The notes beneath the pieces were generated by a model. That model ran no database searches. It worked only from the letters and a program-made list of their open reading frames with translations, and was not told the DNA's origin. A program made the translations under genes and the position numbers. DNA of 64,000 nucleotides from Anaerolineales bacterium (GTDB taxonomy: Bacteria; Chloroflexota; Anaerolineae; Anaerolineales; RBG-16-64-43), in assembly GCA_050010135.1 (NCBI GenBank), contig JBEKLP010000004.1, positions 2,932-66,931 of the forward strand, read 5' to 3'. This document shows positions 1-7,762 of this stretch, piece by piece. How positions within the stretch are numbered: position 1 is the first letter of the stretch; every line of letters starts with the position of its first letter.

Positions 1-138
1 ACGTCCGGCGATACCATCCTCCAATTTATATACTGGTGCATCGCGGCACGCTCCGGCAAATGGGAGAACCGGTATATCGCGACGAGTACGCAACCATATA
101 TCTTCTGTCCACGGGGCAGTAGGAAAACGGAGAGGCAC

Positions 139-1161
139 ATGACGACAAATAAAAAAGCGCTCATCACCGGCATCACCGGTCAGGATGGATCTTACCTGGC
201 GGAATTGCTCTTGCAGAAGGGATACGAGGTTCACGGCTTGATCCGCCGGGCCAGTTCATTTAATACCGGCCGCATCGACCACCTGTACCAGGATCCGCAT
301 GTCAACGGGGTAAGCCTGTTCCTGCATTACGGGGATCTCTCGGATTCCACCAATCTGGTCAAGCTGCTCTACCGGCTGCAGCCGGACGAAGTCTACAACC
401 TGGCGGCTCAGAGTCACGTCAAAGTGAGTTTCGAGATGCCCGAATATACGGGCGACATCACTGGTTTGAGCGTGGTCCGCATCCTCGAGGCGATCCGCGA
501 GACGGGAATTGCCTGTCGGTTCTATCAGGCGTCCAGCAGCGAAATGTATGGGAAGGTCGCGGAAATTCCGCAGCGCGAAACGACCCCCTTCCATCCCCGC
601 AGCCCCTACGCCTGCGCCAAGGTGTACGCCTATTGGACGACGGTAAATTACCGCGAAGCCTACGGAATATTCGCCGCCAACGGAATTCTTTTCAACCACG
701 AGAGCCCGCGGCGCGGAGAGACGTTTGTCACGCATAAAATCACCCGCGCGTTGGCGTATATCGAAGCCGGATTGCAGGAGAAACTGTTCCTGGGGAACCT
801 CGAGTCCAGCCGCGACTGGGGCTACGCCCCGGAATACGTTGAGGCTATGTGGCAGATCCTGCAGCAGGATGCGCCGGATGATTTCGTCATTGCCACCGGA
901 GAAACGCACACGGTGCGCGAGTTCCTCGAAGAGGCATTCCAATACGCGGGATTGGACTGGCAGAAATACGTTCAGGAAGACCCCCGCTACTTACGGCCCA
1001 GCGAAGTGGATTACCTGATCGGCGATTCCTCCAAGGCGCAGAAAAAATTCGGCTGGGCGCCAAAAACCCGCTTTCGGGATCTGGTGCGGATCATGGTCGA
1101 CGCCGACCGTAAAACCCTCCGCCGGAAATTGGCCGGAGGCAAGGAGGCAGCTTCCGCGTGA
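139..1161 (+). CDS. gmd: GDP-mannose 4,6-dehydratase
   Basis: 340-aa ORF. N-terminal Rossmann motif '[19 protein letters not shown]', SDR catalytic '[10 protein letters not shown]' (YxxxK) and '[10 protein letters not shown]' segment are typical of Gmd. GGAGAGG Shine-Dalgarno-like motif lies just upstream of the ATG. Confidence 0.95.
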   Translation: MTTNKKALITGITGQDGSYLAELLLQKGYEVHGLIRRASSFNTGRIDHLYQDPHVNGVSLFLHYGDLSDSTNLVKLLYRLQPDEVYNLAAQSHVKVSFEMPEYTGDITGLSVVRILEAIRETGIACRFYQASSSEMYGKVAEIPQRETTPFHPRSPYACAKVYAYWTTVNYREAYGIFAANGILFNHESPRRGETFVTHKITRALAYIEAGLQEKLFLGNLESSRDWGYAPEYVEAMWQILQQDAPDDFVIATGETHTVREFLEEAFQYAGLDWQKYVQEDPRYLRPSEVDYLIGDSSKAQKKFGWAPKTRFRDLVRIMVDADRKTLRRKLAGGKEAASA

Positions 1162-1493
1162 GCACGCCCCTCCCTTATTTTCTCCCATCGGACCTGTCCC
1201 GTGTGGTCCTTCGTTCCGCGCCGAGCGATATGCTGACGCACGAATCCGAAGCCTATTCCGTTCTGTCGATCGGATCGCTGGAAGGGGGAGGAAAAGTTTT
1301 TCTCTATCAGCCGAGGTACCGGGATGTTAAAATCGGGGGATATGCGCTCGTCTACTATCCCCGGCTGATCTTCATCGGCTATCGGGCCATGAGCGCCGTG
1401 AAGGCGGTTTGGCTTGCGGACGGTGGGCGCTTATGGGAAGAACATCCGTCGCCATTGCCCAGCGGACCAAGCATATGCTGCAGAGCCTGCTGA
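1158..1493 (+). pseudogene. Fragmentary ORF homologous to an internal segment of the adjacent membrane protein (probable paralogue remnant)
   Basis: GTG start overlaps the gmd stop (GTGA). Residues 'VLRSAPSDMLTHESEAYSVLSIGSLEGGGKVFLYQPRY' (nt ~1203-1370) align with 'LLRSAGNDPLTFESQAYSILFKGSLEGGDTVFYQQPMFRY' from the middle of the 1433-3613 protein. The rest of the ORF has no resemblance to it and overlaps the next gene out of frame. Confidence 0.4.
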
Positions 1494-3613
1494 TTTTCCT
1501 GGCGTTTGTCTTCGTGCTTTGTTTTCCATCGGCGAACCTTCAATGGTTCGACGGGCTACCATTCAGCCGGCTTTACGAATTCGGCGCGCTGGTCGTGCTT
1601 GTCCCGTTCCTGATTTTTCCCCACCTTCGCAAAAGACAGATCGATTTTTGGAAGGGGCTGAAGATCCAGCCGGCATATCTATGGATCACACTGGCGATTA
1701 TCCTATTGCTCAAGGGAATTCTTCTGGCTTCCGGAACCCACACCGGTTTCTCCGCCTGCTACCGTTCGATCGCCGAACCGACAAGCATCACGCACGAGGA
1801 TCTTCCGCCGCGCGAGTGCGAACGTTCCTATGAAAATTTACTCGACCGGTTTTCAGCGACGAGACTGGATTCCTCCATCTGGTTCCTGCCGGATACGTGG
1901 AATTTAGTGTTTCTAAACACCGACCGCTACAATTACTACGATTGGGAGCCGGGGAATATTCTCCGGGACAGGATTCCTCTGGAAGCGATTTGGAGCGGAA
2001 TCCCGGATGTTCAGCCGGGCGATACAGTCCGCGTCGAGTATGCGGGGGAAGGAACGGTCGCCTGGGGCGGAACGCAAATCCCGCTGCCGCCATCCTACAC
2101 CGCGTCGAACGTGGTTGAGTTCGTCCCTCCTTCGACCGGCGGCGCCTTGCGCATCGACTACACCTTCGACGACGGATCGCGGAGTGGCCAGAATCCCCAG
2201 AGTTGGGGGCCGCGAGCGACGATCGAAGTATCCGCCGGGAAGCCGGGCCACCTAGTGCCCCTAACCGCAAAGGATCCCCCTTCGGGATGGCAGGCGGCGG
2301 CGTTGTTGGCGGATGTGCTCATTCTGCTGTGGCTTGTTTCCTTTCTTCCCGCTCTGGTAAGCTCCGTCCGCCGCGATCTCCTTGCACTGATCGTTTTCAC
2401 GATCGGTGTTGGATTGCTCAGCCTGGTACCCATCGCGCAACTCATTCGTGAAATCGGAATCACGATTACGCTGGCGGCGTTTCTAACCATCCATTTGGCG
2501 ATCCGCCCGTTTCGGCCGGCGACGATCTATGCCGCCGTGATCGCGGCGGCATTTGCTATTCTCCACGTCTGGTCTTTCGGCTGGGGACAAGTTCTATTGA
2601 GATCCGCTGGAAATGATCCTTTAACGTTTGAATCTCAGGCATATTCCATCTTATTTAAGGGATCGTTGGAGGGTGGGGATACGGTGTTTTACCAGCAACC
2701 AATGTTCCGATATATATTATTTGCTGGACATGCCCTTTTTGGTGATGGGAACGTGCTTTATTCCGTCGCACAACTTGCCGCTTTCTTTGGCGGAATTTTC
2801 TGGTTGTTCCGAAGGGCGGGAAAGCAAACTCTACCGACCATTCGATCGATTCTCCTCATCGGATTGGGATGCAGCCTGGTCTTTCTTGGCGGATATTATG
2901 TCTCCAATACAATCCGCGAGGGATTGTCCGAATACGATACTTGGATCCTTCTTTTATGGGCGCTTCCCGCTTTATATTGGCTATCAAGCGCTGGCAGTAT
3001 TCTCGGCGGTTCAGCGGGCCTCGCCATTTCCTACACCATTCGATCAAACCAAATCCTAGGAATCCTTTGGATTTTATTTCTCACGGTTACGAGAGCTTGG
3101 AGGAAGCAAAGAAAGACTGTTCTTCTTGCGGGGGTTTTATTGCTCGGCATAACGCTTTTGCCATTGATCCATAATCTCTACTATGGCCATCAATGGGTAC
3201 TCGTGGCGACCAGCGGGGATATCCCAGCCAACCTAACCTTACCACCTTCTACATGGCTCGCTTTCCTGCAGGGCGATCCTTCCGCCGGAAATGCCATCCG
3301 TGAACAGATAGGGATGATGTTTCTCATCGCGAAGGTTTCCCGATCCATCGTGCCCACCTTGGCGGCAATGGCGTTTATCTTCATCATTTGGATCCTCGCA
3401 TCCGGTTACTGGATACTCCGCAGGGAAAAAAAATTGTTGACATTATTGGTTGTCCCGTTATTTTATCTCGCCCCACACTTTTTTTATCAGATAAATAACT
3501 ACTATCCCAGGCACATCGTGATCGCCTATTTATCCATGGCGATCGTCACGGTTCTTGTCCTGATCCGCCGTTCGCCCGACCTCCCCGTCCCATTCGAGCC
3601 TGCGGTAGAATAA
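1433..3613 (+). CDS. Large polytopic membrane protein, group A (candidate extracytoplasmic glycosyltransferase)
   Basis: Long ORF; ATG 1433 preferred, with alternatives ATG 1475 and TTG 1409. About 3 N-terminal hydrophobic helices, a ~185-aa hydrophilic segment, then many further hydrophobic helices. Sits between gmd and fcl. The function is inference only. Confidence 0.7.
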   Translation: MGRTSVAIAQRTKHMLQSLLIFLAFVFVLCFPSANLQWFDGLPFSRLYEFGALVVLVPFLIFPHLRKRQIDFWKGLKIQPAYLWITLAIILLLKGILLASGTHTGFSACYRSIAEPTSITHEDLPPRECERSYENLLDRFSATRLDSSIWFLPDTWNLVFLNTDRYNYYDWEPGNILRDRIPLEAIWSGIPDVQPGDTVRVEYAGEGTVAWGGTQIPLPPSYTASNVVEFVPPSTGGALRIDYTFDDGSRSGQNPQSWGPRATIEVSAGKPGHLVPLTAKDPPSGWQAAALLADVLILLWLVSFLPALVSSVRRDLLALIVFTIGVGLLSLVPIAQLIREIGITITLAAFLTIHLAIRPFRPATIYAAVIAAAFAILHVWSFGWGQVLLRSAGNDPLTFESQAYSILFKGSLEGGDTVFYQQPMFRYILFAGHALFGDGNVLYSVAQLAAFFGGIFWLFRRAGKQTLPTIRSILLIGLGCSLVFLGGYYVSNTIREGLSEYDTWILLLWALPALYWLSSAGSILGGSAGLAISYTIRSNQILGILWILFLTVTRAWRKQRKTVLLAGVLLLGITLLPLIHNLYYGHQWVLVATSGDIPANLTLPPSTWLAFLQGDPSAGNAIREQIGMMFLIAKVSRSIVPTLAAMAFIFIIWILASGYWILRREKKLLTLLVVPLFYLAPHFFYQINNYYPRHIVIAYLSMAIVTVLVLIRRSPDLPVPFEPAVE

Positions 3614-3642
3614 CAACGATAAGATAAAAAGGGAGAAACCCC

Positions 3643-4593
3643 ATGGATTGGAAGAATACCCGCTTTCTGGTCACCGGCGGCGCCGGTTTCCTGGGATCCT
3701 TCGTGATAGATCAGCTCCGGACAAAGGGAGCCGCTCGGATCACGGCTCCGACGATCGACGAGGTCGACTTGACCGATCCTCAGGCTGTCCGCCGTCTGAT
3801 GGCCGATTCCAAACCCGAGGTGGTGATTCACTTGGCAGCGATGGTGGGCGGGATCGGCGCCAACCGCGACCGCCCGGCGGAATTTTTCTACCAAAACCTG
3901 ACGATGGGGACGAACGTCCTGCATGAATCGTGGAAGGCGGGCGTTCAGAAAGTGACCGCCATCGGAACCGTTTGTTCTTATCCTAAAAACCCTCCGGTTC
4001 CATTCAAGGAAGACAATCTGTGGGACGGATATCCCGAGGAGACCAACGCGGCCTACGGCCTCTCGAAAAAAATGCTGCTGGTTCAAGCGCAAGCCTACCG
4101 GCAGCAATACGGGTTCAACGCGATCGTTCTGCTCCCGGTAAACCTATACGGCCCGAGGGATAATTTCAATCTGGAAATCTCCCACGTCATCCCGGCGTTC
4201 ATTCTCAAATGTCTGGACGCGAAAGAACACGGGAAGGACGAGGTGGTCATGTGGGGGGACGGCAGCCCAACGCGCGAGTTCCTCTACATCGAGGATGCAG
4301 CCAGGGGTATTCTCATGGCCACGGAGAAATACGACGGGGACCTGCCGGTGAATTTGGGATCGGGCCAGGAAATCAGCATCAGCAATTTGGTCGGCATCAT
4401 GGCCAAGCTGCTTGACTATAAGGGGAAGATCGTTTGGGATACGACCAAACCGAACGGACAACCGCGCCGGTTGCTGGACGTCTCCCGAGCCCGGGAGAAA
4501 TTCGGTTTTAGCGCCGAGGTGAAACTGAATGAAGGGTTACGGCGGACGATCGAATGGTATCTCTCAGAGCGGCAGAAACGGGGCGGCGCGTGA
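3643..4593 (+). CDS. fcl: GDP-L-fucose synthase (GDP-4-keto-6-deoxymannose 3,5-epimerase/4-reductase)
   Basis: 316 aa. 'FLVTGGAGFLGS' Rossmann motif, 'YGLSKKMLLVQAQAY' YxxxK, 'LLPVNLYGPRDNF' and 'WGDGSPTREFLYIEDAA' are typical of Fcl/WcaG. GGGAGA RBS upstream. Paired with gmd. Confidence 0.9.
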   Translation: MDWKNTRFLVTGGAGFLGSFVIDQLRTKGAARITAPTIDEVDLTDPQAVRRLMADSKPEVVIHLAAMVGGIGANRDRPAEFFYQNLTMGTNVLHESWKAGVQKVTAIGTVCSYPKNPPVPFKEDNLWDGYPEETNAAYGLSKKMLLVQAQAYRQQYGFNAIVLLPVNLYGPRDNFNLEISHVIPAFILKCLDAKEHGKDEVVMWGDGSPTREFLYIEDAARGILMATEKYDGDLPVNLGSGQEISISNLVGIMAKLLDYKGKIVWDTTKPNGQPRRLLDVSRAREKFGFSAEVKLNEGLRRTIEWYLSERQKRGGA

Positions 4594-5435
4594 CCGACCG
4601 GACGAAGCCTGATTCCTCAAACGTCACCCTGATCCGCGTTCGCTCCGGGTGGGAGGCATTGAATCTTCGCGAGTTGTGGAGCCGGCGGGAGCTGTTATGG
4701 TTCTTGGCTTGGCGCGATATCAGAGTCCGGTATAAACAAACCATATTAGGTGCCGGGTGGGCCGTCCTGCCGCCGTTCCTCCAGATGGTGGTTTTTTCCG
4801 TGGTGCTTGGAGGATTTCTTAAAATCCCCACCGACAATCAGATCCCGTATCCGGTTTTTTCCTTTGCCGCGCTCGTCCCGTGGACGTTGTTTTCCGCGAT
4901 CCTTTCTGGAACCGCGGGCAGCCTGATCGCCAACGCCGCAATCCTCACCAAAGTGTATTTTCCCCGCCTGCTGATCCCGTTGGCCAATGTCGCAGCGCGC
5001 CTCGTGGATTTTTTCGTGGCGTTTGTTATTCTCGTGGGGATGGTCCTGGTATTCGGGAGATCGATCACGCCGGCCATTTTCTTGATTCCGATCTTCCTGT
5101 TGTTCCTCATCGTGACCGCGCTGGGGTTCGGGTTGTGGTTGGGCGCGCTGAATATGTACATCCGCGATATCCAGATGCTGGTGCCGTTCCTGGTGGGGCT
5201 GTGGGAATACGCTTCGCCCGTAGTCTACTCGGCCAATTCGGTGCCGCCCGCATGGAGATTGATCTACGCACTCAATCCGATGACCGGGGTGCTGGTCGGC
5301 TTCCGCTGGTGCTTGCTCGGAACGGCTCCGCCCGGGCCGGAAAACTGGGCTTCGGTCGTCATTGCGCTAGTAATGTTCATCAGCGGCGTGACGGTTTTCC
5401 AGCGCGTGCAGCGCAACATGGTGGACATTCTATGA
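4590..5435 (+). CDS. wzm: ABC-2 type polysaccharide export permease (Wzm-like)
   Basis: GTG at 4590 overlaps the fcl stop (GTGA). N-terminal 'LWSRRELLWFLAWRDIRVRYKQTILGAGWAVLPP' is the classic Wzm/TagG signature, followed by ~6 hydrophobic helices. The tracked ORF start at 4554 is probably an over-extension. Confidence 0.85.
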   Translation: MTDRTKPDSSNVTLIRVRSGWEALNLRELWSRRELLWFLAWRDIRVRYKQTILGAGWAVLPPFLQMVVFSVVLGGFLKIPTDNQIPYPVFSFAALVPWTLFSAILSGTAGSLIANAAILTKVYFPRLLIPLANVAARLVDFFVAFVILVGMVLVFGRSITPAIFLIPIFLLFLIVTALGFGLWLGALNMYIRDIQMLVPFLVGLWEYASPVVYSANSVPPAWRLIYALNPMTGVLVGFRWCLLGTAPPGPENWASVVIALVMFISGVTVFQRVQRNMVDIL

Positions 5436-6685
5436 ACCGGGATCCGGTTTCAATTTCAATCCACGGATTGGGGAAACGGTACCGGATCGGATCCTACGTG
5501 GGCACTGGCAATACGCTGCGCGGGTGGTTGAGCGAACTCTTCAGCCGCCAGCCGAGCCCGCAATCGACCGCCGAAAAGGAACCGAAATATCTCTGGGCTT
5601 TGCGGGATCTGACATTCGATATTCCCGTGGGGGCGGTGGTCGGCATCATCGGACGAAACGGGGTGGGGAAAAGCACGCTGCTGAAAATTCTATCCCGCAT
5701 CACCGATCCGACGGAGGGAAGTGCCGAATTGTACGGTAAAACCTCGTCGCTCCTGGAAGTAGGGACGGGGTTTCACGGGGAGCTAACCGGACGAGAGAAC
5801 ATCTATCTCAGCGGAGCAATCTGCGGAATGACGCGCGCCGAAGTGGATCGGCATTTCGACAAGATCGTCGCCTTTTCCGAATTGGAGAGATTTCTCGATA
5901 CACCGGTCAAGCGCTATTCCAGCGGGATGTACGTACGCTTGGGATTCGCCGTGGCGGCCCACCTCGATCCGGATATCCTGCTGGTGGATGAAGTGCTGGC
6001 AGTGGGAGATCTTTCGTTTCAGCGCCGGTGCCTCAATCGGATGAGCGATGTGGCCCAGGCCGGACGGACGGTTCTGTTTGTCAGCCACCAGATGGCCGCT
6101 ATCCGCCGTCTGTGCAACCGGACGATCTGGCTCGAAGCCGGAAAGGTCCGGGATTTCGGCCCCACCGGCGAGGTTGTCGCGAGATATGAAACCGAATCGC
6201 TCGGCGCGGCGGAGTCCGGAGCGCCGGATTCGCACAAGGCGTCCGCGTACCGCGCCCGATTTTTATCCTGGGCACTGGCAGGAGCCTCGGTGGAAAGCGC
6301 GCATACGATATCCGCTTTGGAAGGCGTGGAATTTCAACTGGCGCTCGACGTGCGCGAGCCGATCCGAGCCGGGTACGGCGGATTCGAGATTTTCGATTGG
6401 GAGGGAAAATTGATCTGGTCGGGCGCTTCCCACGATCAGGGACGCGGGGATCTTCCGCTGAGCTCGGGGAAATACACGCTCTCCTACCGCCTGCCGCTGC
6501 TTCCACTCAAACCCGGAGCCTACCGGTTGCACGCCTCTTTCTACGACCGGGAAGGATCTAGGCTGTTGGACGATTGGTGGGCGATGCCGGAACTTGTGCT
6601 GGCAATGCCGCCAAGCTCGCAAGCTCAGGACGAATGGCAAGGCGTACTCAACCTACCGTGCGAATTTTCCATCCGCAAGGACTGA
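5432..6685 (+). CDS. wzt: Polysaccharide export ABC transporter ATP-binding protein with C-terminal extension domain (Wzt-like)
   Basis: ATG at 5432 overlaps the wzm stop (ATGA). Walker A 'GIIGRNGVGKST', ABC signature 'YSSGMYVRLGFA', Walker B 'ILLVDEVLAVGD'. About 170 extra C-terminal residues resemble the Wzt carbohydrate-binding-domain architecture. The tracked ORF from 4880 is a 5' over-extension. Confidence 0.9.
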   Translation: MNRDPVSISIHGLGKRYRIGSYVGTGNTLRGWLSELFSRQPSPQSTAEKEPKYLWALRDLTFDIPVGAVVGIIGRNGVGKSTLLKILSRITDPTEGSAELYGKTSSLLEVGTGFHGELTGRENIYLSGAICGMTRAEVDRHFDKIVAFSELERFLDTPVKRYSSGMYVRLGFAVAAHLDPDILLVDEVLAVGDLSFQRRCLNRMSDVAQAGRTVLFVSHQMAAIRRLCNRTIWLEAGKVRDFGPTGEVVARYETESLGAAESGAPDSHKASAYRARFLSWALAGASVESAHTISALEGVEFQLALDVREPIRAGYGGFEIFDWEGKLIWSGASHDQGRGDLPLSSGKYTLSYRLPLLPLKPGAYRLHASFYDREGSRLLDDWWAMPELVLAMPPSSQAQDEWQGVLNLPCEFSIRKD

Positions 6686-6741
6686 GCTCGCGCTACCGTC
6701 ACTGGTCGGGCCGGATTTCCTCCGCGGCTCGTACGGCGCGG

Positions 6742-7758
6742 ATGGGTTTACGCCCGCGTGCCGTGATACTGCTTTACCACCGGATCGCGTCCCCCGCGAT
6801 CGATCCGCTTCTGCTCTCTGTTGCGCCCGGGCATTTTGCGGACCATATGGCGATTCTGCGACGGGATTATCACCCGATCACCCTCGCGGAATTGGCGGAA
6901 GCGTGCGCGGAAAATCGCATATCCGACCGCTCGGTGGCGATCACCTTTGACGACGGATATGCGGACAACCTGCGTGCGGCTGCGCCGATCCTGGAGCGTG
7001 AGGGGCAAAAGGCGACGGTTTTCGTCACCGGAGCCTGCCTGGATGGGACGCCGCTTTTCTACGACGAATTGGAACGTATTCTGCTATGGACGCCCCAACT
7101 TCCAGCCCGGATTCGGATCCGTGTGAACGGGCACGCGCGGGTTTGGGAAATGGGGGAATGGGCTCGGCGGCCAAAAAAACCGGACGGCGATTTTCTCCAT
7201 TGGAATATGGAGTGGTTTTCCGATCCGACTCCGCGCCACCGTTGTTACCGGGAATTGTTCGATATCCTCCGCGCCGCTCCGGTGCGAGTTCGCACACAAA
7301 CCATGGCTTCACTTCGAAAGGCGGCGGGTATCGAACGTCGTCGTCCGCCCCACCGCCTGCTGATGACGCAAGCCGAATTGCGGAAGGCGGCCCGGGGAAA
7401 TGCGCTGGAAATCGGCGCGCACACGCGCAACCACCCGGCGCTCAACCGGTTAACGACGAAGGAACAACGCGACGAGATCGCCTCCGGAAAGCGGCTGCTG
7501 GAACAGGCGATCGGGCGGGAGGTGCGCGCTTTTGCCTACCCGTACGGCAGCCCATGGGACGTGGCACCCGAAACCGTCCAGCTGGCGCGCGAAGCGGGCT
7601 TTGCCGTTGCTTGCGGGGACTACCCTGGACCGGTGGATTCGGAAAGCGACTTGTTCTGGCTTCCACGCTGCCTGGTCCGGAATTGGAGCGGGGAGGAATT
7701 CGAACGACGGATGCGGGAATTTTTCCGGCCGCGGGCGGAAATCCCGCCTCGGGGATAG
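6742..7758 (+). CDS. Polysaccharide deacetylase (CE4/NodB-homology family)
   Basis: 'RAVILLYHRIA' N-terminus and 'VAITFDDGYADN' (NodB motif 1), then 'ATVFVTG' and 'EIGAHTRNHP'. Start taken at ATG 6742. Paralogue of 41589-42593. Confidence 0.8.
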   Translation: MGLRPRAVILLYHRIASPAIDPLLLSVAPGHFADHMAILRRDYHPITLAELAEACAENRISDRSVAITFDDGYADNLRAAAPILEREGQKATVFVTGACLDGTPLFYDELERILLWTPQLPARIRIRVNGHARVWEMGEWARRPKKPDGDFLHWNMEWFSDPTPRHRCYRELFDILRAAPVRVRTQTMASLRKAAGIERRRPPHRLLMTQAELRKAARGNALEIGAHTRNHPALNRLTTKEQRDEIASGKRLLEQAIGREVRAFAYPYGSPWDVAPETVQLAREAGFAVACGDYPGPVDSESDLFWLPRCLVRNWSGEEFERRMREFFRPRAEIPPRG

Positions 7759-7762
7759 GGAT

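Noticed and set aside
1-138. The reading frame of gmd stays open all the way to the window start, so gmd might begin upstream or be fused to another gene.
   Set aside because: Gmd proteins begin just before the '[13 protein letters not shown]' Rossmann motif, a GGAGAGG RBS precedes ATG 139, and the upstream 46 codons have no recognisable similarity.
4880-5431. The 5' part of the tracked 601-aa ORF (4880-6685), which overlaps the whole wzm gene in another frame.
   Set aside because: The ABC ATPase domain starts at 'MNRDPVSISIHGLGKRY' (ATG 5432, ATGA-coupled to the wzm stop). The upstream 184 codons are Arg/Gly-rich without similarity. The same over-extension logic applies to the tracked starts at 6574, 7532, 10119, 24115, 33394, 34554, 35750, 36700, 37787, 41322, 42479, 47410 and 51771.
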